A DNA stretch of 64,000 nt from Azolla caroliniana (Eukaryota; Plantae; Polypodiophyta): the NCBI GenBank assembly GCA_043228905.1, contig JBHGNT010000001.1, positions 3,410,001-3,474,000 on the forward strand. Reading direction: 5' to 3'. Of the stretch, positions 53,815-64,000 are shown one piece after another. Numbering within the stretch: position 1 is the stretch's first letter; each line of letters opens with the position of its first letter. A model generated the notes under the pieces. The model was not told where the DNA came from. It did no database searches and was given only the letters and a program-made list of their open reading frames with translations. A program made the translations under genes and the position numbers.

Positions 53815-55215
53815 TTCCATCTAAAATCTAATCACAGCAATGATAAAAAAAGAAGACTTTATTGCTAGAACTGTCGTTCCATTCCACTCACTACTTGATT
53901 ATTACAATACAGGAGAATCCATGAGTTAACAGAAGCCATCTTCTCCCCGAAGAAGCTCGTTTAAATTCACAAGTCCGTCTCTAAACGATGGTCATTAATC
54001 TGTCCAAGTGGACCGATATCACAGTGCTGATAATCTGCAGAAAATGAAAACTTCACAATTACATTTTATATGCTCACAAGCACAACTAAATATTGACGTC
54101 AGCGCTATAGACTCCCTTAATAATAATATAGATAACAGGGTAGGCCTAGTTTACTAATTAACTGCAGAAAAATAAAATAAAATCCAAATTGAATGAAGAG
54201 ATATAACTTACCGGCAGTAAAGTGATGAGAATATAGAATTCCTGAGAAAAGGTTGGGAACACCATAACCAACGCGACGAGGTAGATAGTACTCATATACA
54301 TATAATCACTGTACTTCATCGATCAAACAACCCTGGAAAAAGAACACGTGGACAGCAATTACTATGCAGTCAAAAGACCTCATTTTGTTACAAATTATAC
54401 AGTGCAGATGTATTAATAAGCACTATGCAATACACATCAGCCAGACCAGATTACGAGTGTCCACATGACTATAATATGTATGGTTAACGCATGGGTAGTG
54501 GTTGATAACAAACATGCTACGACATGAATAATTCAGTTCTGAACACTGATTAAAGAAAAAGGTAAGGTTCGCTGTCCATTTCGGCCTGTCAATGTTGATG
54601 ATAATGCCAATCCTAATTGGAATAGTGCGTGTCATATTGGAGGTTAAACAAAACGGTAATCAGCTGCGAAAGGCACAGATGATCACATACCACGGCTGAT
54701 TCTAGAAACGAAATAGCTACATCACAGACCACAGCTGGATCTAGAAGCCATTACATAACTACAAAACTCATATAATTTTGAATGGAACACGGTGCTATTT
54801 ACACATCATGAGGAAGCACAGAAGACCAAAATTTTGCATGGTATTCAATATTAACGTCTAGCTGATGTTCTTGTTTAACCCTAGAAACTGGAGAAAATAA
54901 AGATCTTGCACAGATGCCATGGCTTCACGTTTTCTCCATATATAATATATACACATACAGCTTCTTATTGCTGATTCCGAGCCATCAAGTGTTCTAATTT
55001 ATCAACAAATTGCGTTGGAAGCTTTAGGGTGCAGGAATTCATGCGCAAGATTGGCAGTCATAAACAGTAGCCAGCTGATCTTCCAGCTAATAGAACTACG
55101 AAACTACTCATGAGAGACATGAAATGTTTGCTCGGATTGGAACAGATGATAAGGAATAGTGCATAGTGAGGACTCATTATACTGTTTTGCAGTATAAATA
55201 AGCGTGAACAATATT

Positions 55216-55596
55216 TCATCTCCGGTGGGAGCAGGTGGCATGATCAATAGATGAATTTGATGGTGAAGATGACACGACATGTTTGGGCAAAGGCATATTC
55301 CGATGCAAACGGCACCGGAAGGATCCAGGATGATTTGTAGGGGAGCACAAACAAACCTTGGACGACAACAATTCATGATGATGATGATGAGATGATCCAG
55401 CCACATGATGGTGATGATATGATGGCATACTGCACTTGTTATCCCGAGCGGCTATACAATAGAAAGTTGGTTCTGCAGCAAAGGTGATTCGTCTACCAGG
55501 AAGCTTTGGCTTCTTCGTAGTCACCATAGCCGATTTCTTTGGTAGCTCGATATTGTCAGGCTTTGAAGTAATAGACAAAACCAATGACGCCCTCAT
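55216..55596 (-). CDS. Small plant 'serine-rich protein-related' protein, 126 aa
   Basis: Hallmark motif CLCSPTNHPGSFRCRLHR with His runs before it. The ATG lies just after a 5' UTR intron acceptor (TGTGTAG at 55618). Confidence 0.85.
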   Translation of the reverse strand: MRASLVLSITSKPDNIELPKKSAMVTTKKPKLPGRRITFAAEPTFYCIAARDNKCSMPSYHHHHVAGSSHHHHHELLSSKVCLCSPTNHPGSFRCRLHRNMPLPKHVVSSSPSNSSIDHATCSHRR

Positions 55597-56270
55597 GATG
55601 GTGGATTAAATTTGAATCTACACAGATAAACAGGGAGCATAATAAGATTCTGATCACAAGGAATAAAAGCACTTTTTAAGGAACTTTGCGAAGAACAATA
55701 CGTATGGACACAAAACGAACAATCAGCGGCAAATCTTACAGAATTGGAAAAATCGAAATACTTCAGAACCCAGGGAAAGCAAACGGCAACCTAGACAAAT
55801 ATATTCTTGGAACGAAACGGGGAATTGGACCGCGAACATGAACATGCATACGCACAAACGGTAGAAGGAAATTTTGAAGAAAAAATCATAAGAAAGTAAA
55901 AATAGCTTACATAGAGCTTCAAACGAAGGTCTCAGGACTAAAATAATAAACAAGATGGAAAACACAGCATAACGCGACAGGGTAAAAGGACGAAACATCA
56001 TGTACAGTTAGAGATGTAATTCTGTAGCGAATCATAATTTAAAGCAAAATTCTACAATAAAATTAAAGAAGCGGAATTTGACGAAATCAAACACGAGGCC
56101 ATGGTGAAATCAAAGACAAACATTATACCGTAAATCCAATACAACATACATACTATTAGAAAACTGAAAGACGATAAGTTTCCGAAAATCAGAGGTCAAA
56201 TTGGACAGGAATAATGGTAAACATCAAGTAACGCAAAACGGAGTTACAATAAGAGAGAGAAGATTAATTA

Positions 56271-56573
56271 CCTACGGAGGGAAAGGGAGCTTGATCTGCA
56301 ACAGGAGAAGAATGAAGAAGCGAACGAAGGAAAGAGTTGGGAGGGATGTGGTTTAGGGAGAGGTAGGGGTAGAGTTAGTATTTGGGGGGGAGCAGGCTAT
56401 GGCGAAGTGAGGTGTGAGAGGCAAAGCGAACTGCTCAATGGTAGAGGCAGTCTTTTATAGGGTGAGGAGGGAAGGGGCCGATGAAAACCGCTGTTGTGGC
56501 GGAAGGGTGGTTTGGTGGTTTCAAGAAAGTCGGGGCAGGAACGGATGAGCGGTTTTAGGGCGTGGCCACGTCA
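56271..56573 (-). promoter_or_regulatory. Promoter and non-coding first exon of the small-motif gene
   Basis: TGACGTGGC (ABRE/Hex-like) at 56573-56565, TATAAAA at 56459-56453, a CT-rich leader and donor TAG|GTAATT at 56271 (intron 56271-55618). Confidence 0.7.
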
Positions 56574-59500
56574 GGACAAAAAAAAAACAAATAATTGAAT
56601 TATTAAGTTTTATTTTGTTTTCTATTTAAATATTTCTTTATTTCTTTATTTCTTTTGCTAGCTGGCTTCTCTTCTTTTTCGGAGTCTTTGGATAATGTGT
56701 CACACACACAGATAATAAGAAATTGTCATTTTTTTTTTTCAATAACTCGTTTTCACACTTGTCCGGACGGTGGTCCCCAGAGCAACCTCACTTCCCCCTT
56801 TTGTTTCTTTCTGTTTCTTGTCCCCGTCCCTTGGTCCTTCCTTTCTTCATCTTCTTCTTTTTTTTTTACTTCCTTTTCGTGCTCCTCACACAAACCTTCT
56901 CTTCCTTTTTCTAACTTGTTTTTTTTTTTTTTTTGGTATGTCTGGACAGGGCACACATGGTCATGTGTACGAGGCAAAGGGTTCATTGGCTCACTTGTCT
57001 CTCCCTCACGATATAGAAGATTCAAGAATCTAGAATCCATCACGATGCCCGAGCGAGCCGACTCGCCTTGTAAGTAAAGGCCCTTTCCCTCCCCCTTGTA
57101 CAATGTCACAAGTTGCATACCACAACGAAAAACAAAAAAAAAGAGATGTTCACCGACTTCTCATGGTGTTTTTTTTTTGTTGGGGGGTAGGGGAGGTTGG
57201 GTCTTTAGATTGAGCGTGTGTGCCCTCCAAAGTCCATGTACACAAATGTCAATGTAATGTGTCATTCTCCCATTACACACATCGATACATGTATGTAGAG
57301 TTCGCTCCCACTACACATCTTGTCTGGCCCACACCCAACCAAACCAAACCAAACACGCACGCTCTCTCTTTCTCTTGATGAGGCGTGCCTTACGGCTTTG
57401 GGATTGGTCAATATGTTATTTTATTTTATTTTCTTACCTTCTACGTTGAGTGCTTGTTAATTTTTCATTTCTGGAACAAGTTGTAAGATGTTATATCATT
57501 TTGGTCTCATCTACCTCTTCATAAACTATAATATGGTTCTTCTTCTTCTTCAACGTTTATTTTATATTTCTGTTTAGAACTTCTAATTTGGAATTTAATA
57601 ATACGTTTTCTTGAATCTATTATCCAAACAACCAACCAAAAAGAACCTTATTTCTTTCTGGTAGGCCTATCCGAATCAAAAAATACTTCACCACTAGTGT
57701 TTTCAAGGTGGCAATGCGCACATATGTGTGTTCAAACTCCACTATAGATAAAAGTGGACATGGTGATATGTATGGGGACCCATCGTGGAACTTTTTGTTT
57801 TGTCTCATTGCGTCTCATAGACGGTTCAATTTGTTTTATGAACCTAGTTGTTATGCATATCTATACGTAGTTTGACTGTGACTCTAGAACCTTGTTGCAT
57901 TCGGTTGACTCTGACTACATATCCCCTTTCATTTGTTGTGTTAATTTGATTAGAAGCCCCCTTCCTCCATGAACATGAATCGTTGTTAGCTTGGGTGATT
58001 GACATAGAATTCTAGAGAAGGTAAAGGAAGTGAATGTCCATGTGTTCAACCATGGTTTCCAAGGCAAAATGTGGGAAATTGCTCATTTCAATCTTTGAAT
58101 CACATGGCCTAATGATATTATTGCCTTATTCACACTATATTGGAGTATATTTGTGCAATGCAAAAGTTTTTATTATTTAAACTTGGCCTTCAAATGTAGG
58201 GAACATGTGTTGTTTTTTTAAACATCATGCATCTTGTTCTCTTTTATCTTCTTTGGGATGAGTGTCAGACTATAAAAAAAAAAAAAAAATGGCTCAAATT
58301 TACCTTTGTTTACATGGTTGGACATTGGGACCACTTGGGGGACAAGCTCTAACGTTCTTTGTACAAATATCACACTTGCATCGTTTCCTCTCAAAGCCCA
58401 TCCATACAACGATATTGGCCACAAATATTGATTTCACCACTTTTTACTTATTGTTTAGATCCTATGTATTAGAGGGCTGCAAGTTTCCACGTTCATACGT
58501 TCAACATGGTTACAATTTGTTTTTCATGAAATTGGAGCAAGGTTGTTGGTTCATGGAAATTATTTTGTAATTTCTTTCTGATAAATCTATTGTTTTGTCC
58601 ATGTATGATGTACCTCCATAATTCATTACAAAATGATCACACACAGGAACATGTATAAATGATTTGGTTTGGTAGCATGATCCTATTCTATCTTTATTGA
58701 GAGGGTTCACCTCATTGTCGAATCAACAATGAAAAAGCCTAGAGATCTCTAATTTTATATGTGATGGATTCTTTAATATCAAAGATTGCATCTACTCTAT
58801 ATATCTCAAAAAGTTGATGTCGGCATCAAGGGTATCATGAAAAAGGATTTGTAACCTAGCATGAATATTATTGATTGATAAACCACCAATGTGGTTAAAA
58901 CAAAGCAATCAAACATTGATTAAAGTTGTATTATTTGAATAATAAAGGGTGCCCCTACACTAATTTTAGTGGAACAACATTCGGTTGGCATACTTTAACA
59001 TGTATAAGTTAGAACATGCAGCATGACCATACCCATGTAATTGAACATCGTAACCAAATCCTTGTAATGAATGTAGCTCTTACCCTATAGCTTGATATCG
59101 CAATGTAAAACACAAATTTTATCTTAGGGTTATATAGAACCAAGGATACAATAAAACTTGATTGATGACTTAGCCTCGCTCTCAAACAAGTAGCGTAGGT
59201 GACATTAAACATTCAAGGTAAACCATAGGAGTGTCTTCACATTCACATAGGTAGCATTGTCCAAAATAAATTAGATTTCCTATAATTTATTCAACACTAT
59301 CCAAACAAAGCATGCTGATAACTTTTAGAATAAGATGATTACTTCAAAAGTGAGTTTCTATCTTTTTTTGTATGGGACACACATCATATGGGGTGTAGGT
59401 TCAAAACTTGTATGCACATCAATAACAAGTATGCTTTTTCTATGAGGCATGGATACCCCGTTCATTATGAGTAGTTGTGGCCATGCTTTATTAGTTGGGT

Positions 59501-62500
59501 GGATGTGATAAGAGGTAAAAAGAAGTTGAACTTTGGAATCTATGTCATAATCTCTTCCTAAAATACATCATATCTCATATACATTATATACTCCTTAATG
59601 GACTTTTTCCGGATTTCCAACCATAGTTATGGAATCATATTTTGGTATAATTTGCTAACATTGACTCACATTTCAAGTCATCTATCTGTTAATCAAGTTG
59701 TATAGGTGCCAATGATATATCGTTCTGGGGATTTCTTATCTCATCCAAAATTGCATGCACATAACATTATCTTGATATATGGTGATACTGTATTGCTCCT
59801 CGTATATTTAACCTATTGTTATCGGTGTTGTTTACATTGTCCCTAGCTAAAGTTTTTTCCTTACATGATGCAAGTGTTAGAGCATTGTTTTTATTAAACT
59901 TACACCTATCCCAAAATTTTATGGAAATAGTTACCAAATGTAGATTGCTTTCCATAAGATCGAATGTAATATGAATCACTTTATTCTCGGTTTGAACAAT
60001 GTGAGTTTTTCAATGTAAATGGCAGATTTCTTAGGCATTTTATGTAAATGCGCCTTTTCCAGCTTTTTGAATGGACGCATTGATGTAAATTTAAAGTGCG
60101 AACATGCATGACATTTTCTTCCACAATGCAAAAAATGAGTTTTCCATTACATTTCCGAAGTTTTACTCGCAAGGCAACTCAATTAACAAATGCAATTTTA
60201 CCATTGTATTATTGTCGATGGTTAAAATGTTTGGTCACAATTCATTTTTTACGTTATTCTTCTATTTGATGTGATGAATGAATATTGACGATGCATTATT
60301 GCACTCCACATGACACATGATGACACTCTACCCATGACATTATTTATTGCCCCACCTTTGAGTGCATATAAAATTCATTGTTTGATGGGAGCATGCAATG
60401 CATATTTATTTTATTTCTACCATATTTACATGGGTTCTTTTTATTAAAGTCTTGTTGCATTTACGTCCTTACTTTTGCCAACTAGTCGACTCTTGAGTCT
60501 TAACTTCCAAGTTTCCTTGTTTTGAAATCCTTGCGTGGTAATGTGCAAGGTGCTTTAAAAAATCCAAATCGTTGTAACATAACTTTCCGTTTAAATTTAT
60601 TCTTCTCAAGGGGCCTTTATGATGCCGTTTTAATATGATAATCCTCAAATAAGTCTTTTTAAAGTCCTCACGTACATTCTTTGTTTATGTATCTCATATT
60701 TTAAGGGTCGGCCCAAAGGTGAGTGCTCCTACAAGGTAAAAGATTTGGTTATTTGTCTTAGGATTAATAACCTATTCCTTGAGTTTTCTTGCTTCCATAT
60801 CCAGGGACCAGAACAACCTAAACAAAAGTTGAGGAATTTCTAAGTTTCCTTCAATTTTCTTGTTTCTAAGTCTTCCAAGTAATGATTTTGGACATTTATA
60901 GATCTGTTTTTTCTCCTCTTTTTAAGGGAGTTTTTCTTTCTTTTTTATAAGATGGAAAGCACAATATTCCCTTCATTTTTTTTATTATTTAACTTTTCTA
61001 GGTGCCAATTAATGTGTGACAACATCTATATGAACATATAATAATTTGTGTGTGTATTAGGTTGGTCATGTAGCATTGCCAATATTTGATCTTAAACTTT
61101 CAAGTAGATAGATGGAACATTATACGTTCTTTTTTGTGGATGCCAAAGTGGCCAAGTCAATAAAACGAAGGAGAGAGATGCGGCCTTGTTTGAATTATAC
61201 GTGTTTCTGTCCTTGACTTGTTCGTTGGATATGACTTTTTTTCCATTGACCATTTGTGCCCCAAGGAAAAATGATCTAACCTCTTGTTTTTTTCTTCTCT
61301 TGTGGTTTCTTGCCATATCAACTTCTTATTTGTTTTGCGAGTTGGTTCAAACCATGGATTAGTTTCCAAAACATTTTGGCATAACTTTATGAGATGAATC
61401 TGGTTAGTCTAAAGGAAACTAGATGCATTAATTCATCACATTGAAATCTAGGGCAATTCGACAATGATTCAAAACTAGATATGGCTAGTAATTTCTCCCT
61501 CTTTTCTTTTTCCATGGGAGTAAAGAATGATGTTAGCCACTCCTCTCTCACAACCACAACATCAGTTGATCTAGGAGATAGTGCATTTTGCATGTTGGTG
61601 GCAACAATTGGCTATCTTTCTTGTCTCCTTACAAACTTATAAAGTACTATCAAATTTACTAACTTCAAAATGATACAATTAAATGTTATACTCTGCCCTT
61701 GGGGCACATCATGATCATGTTAACAATACATTGTATTATTGCTACATGTGTAAATTTCCATTACTAATTTTATGATGTACTGATTACATGAAGTGAAACC
61801 ATACATCCACGTGATGAAATAAACATTAGAAACAAATTCTTATAAATAATTGACATTATAGACATAGGCTCTTTTGGAACACCAATTCAAACCCTACGCT
61901 AATAGACCATTATCCAAATTCAACCAATATTGAAATCTACATGTAAAAGTCACATGTGTACTCGTCATCATTTTTAACAATAATGATTTAAAACCAACCA
62001 GACTATCTTTATGTGGATATTATTAAAATCAATGTCATGACTCATACATAACTTACGGGATGGTGATATTTCAAATATGAATGATACTCCAAGTATCGAG
62101 TAGTCGTTGTGTGTAAAGATATCATGGCATCACGCACACTGTGTCATAAAGTACTTAAGCCCTTTGAAGTTTGAAACCAATATTTTCGTGTTTGTTTCAC
62201 ACATAAGATAAACGAGGAACACAATTCATTTACTTTAAAATGAGTAATACACTTGAGCTTGGAATGGCACAATATTGATACTTACCCTCTTGTGAAAACA
62301 TTTTCACAAAAGAAGAGGCATCGTAATTGCTTGCATTGCAATACAGGACCTAATGGCCAATTTTACAAAAGAATAATAAAATTACTCAAAAAACCTAGAA
62401 AGAGCCTAGTCACATTGTTCCTGAAAAGGTTCTGTTGTAATAAGACAAATGTAGCAAAGGGAGGGCCAACTTTGGGAAGTTATCAAATTCAAAAGGAAAA

Positions 62501-63424
62501 GTTGATGCACCAATTCTAGTAATATACCAAAGGTAACAATTGTTGGAATGCTCTCTTTAAACATGGTAAGGGAGGAGGGAGTTTGTGAGAGAGAATAACG
62601 TTTGAACATGAAGAAGGAAACAACTCATAGAATGCTTCAATCTCGATAATTGCACCATCATCAAAGGTAAGCACATCATCGTCATCTTCCGACAACTTCA
62701 AGTAGTCATTGGATCTTCACTTTATCAATAATGCATTGAATCTAGATAGCATACAAAGTAATGGTAATGCTTACTCCATGTTTTCTAGGGTGCGTCAAAA
62801 CCTTGACATATTTATGGTGAAAGGATGTCTCCATCAAACATAAAATGAATGTCATGTAGTTTTCGTAGATACAAAAGAGAGGTATTGGCAAAAATTAATG
62901 GATGGATGAAGGAGAAACTACCACAACATCCAATGGAAGGGCTTTCTAGTTTTGAAACGTAAAACAATAAGAGAAACATAATAACAAGGGCATTCGATAA
63001 ATTTGTCTATGCCCTTTGCCAATCATTACCCAATGATTATTCTTTTATTTAGCAATGAAGTTAGGTGTTGATAAAGCCAGATGTGGACATCATGATCATA
63101 CAAGAGCCAAGCCTTCAGACACTAGCCACACATGGGAGCACAGACTGTGAAACATACGGCAAAATCTGGAAACCAAGTAAAGTAGAGTTGAATATGGAGA
63201 GAGGAAAACGAAAATTGAAGTCAATATCCTAAAAATGACGAACCACATTCAAATGATAAAAATTCCAAAATCTATCTCAATGCTAGAAAATGGTCAAGCT
63301 GGTGCACACGATGTACTTTCCCACAAAGTAGCTTTGCAAATACATATATGTAGGAACATGTCAACATGACTTATCATGATCAAGCAATGGATTCCAACAA
63401 ATAACATGGGGGGTTAAATACTTT

Positions 63425-64000
63425 TTTAAATTTTTTTATTAAGATTTTCTTCAATAGTATTAAGAAAAAACGCCCGAAGGCTACAACTTGAACCTATTTG
63501 CCCAGAAAGTTACAAATTTTTATTTACAATGATGTAAAATAATCCTAAGACCAAATATCAAACTTTGTAGAAGGTGTTGGAATTTGTTGATATTCAAGAA
63601 AGAGTACATGGAAGACGATAGTGCCATTGAGGCTCTTGAGTTGACATTGTAAACAGGGGCAACTTTTTCCATAAGTGAATAAGTATTTTCCTTCTCTTAT
63701 TCACGGTCTCTGTGGAACCATGCATATTATCATCTTGGCCACGGACTACTACCAACAAGTTCTCCCATATATCAAGCAACACATCTGAGAGACGAATGTT
63801 TGCCGCATCATAAAGTCGGTTACATCAACATTTCCATAATGCCCATAACGTTATTGTGGTCACTGTTTTCCAAATCTGGACAGATCACACTTGCTTTCGA
63901 GGTTGCTAAAAGGGACTAACTAATATCAATATTCTATTATGTGTCACAACACAATGACATAAAATACAGAGTTGATGAGGATTAAACTTGCAACCTCACT
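63425..64000 (-). mobile_element. 3' end of an L1-type LINE, degenerate
   Basis: A-rich tail, 3' UTR motif GCCCGAAGGCTACA like 13095 and 28978, and a decayed frame with W..W..xCN-type L1 C-terminal residues (TLWAL/WKC*CNRLY...WENLLVVVRGQ). Confidence 0.65.

Noticed and set aside
56655-57118. 121-140 aa ORFs and a weak hairpin at 56976-57087
   Set aside because: ORFs derive from T/C-rich low-complexity DNA. Pairing is limited to two short helices and matches no miRNA I know.

Overview
AT-rich, microsatellite-rich nuclear DNA of a land plant, probably a non-seed vascular plant such as a fern (inference only). Bases 1-6.1 kb are a nest of decayed retroelements: a Ty1/copia gag-pol pseudogene, several LTR ends, a solo-LTR-like segment and an internally deleted LINE. 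Six host genes can be built with GT-AG introns and open frames: an intronless BPS1/DUF793-like gene, a TAXIMIN-like peptide, peroxisomal isocitrate lyase, an 11-exon ABCB/P-glycoprotein, a GEM-like GRAM-domain gene and a small CxCSPTxHPGSFRCRLH-motif protein. The rest holds MITEs, truncated LINEs, several 70-150 bp tandem duplications and degraded repeats I could not classify. I see no clear-cut new multi-gene system. The best leads are a pre-miRNA-like hairpin at the end of an apparently spliced 3' tail of the small-motif gene, a TAXIMIN with a charged N-terminal extension, a duplicated ICL splice donor that could create a 12-nt micro-exon, a LINE of a type atypical for plants, and an extra 3' ORF in an LTR element. 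All family calls come from remembered motifs, not database searches.
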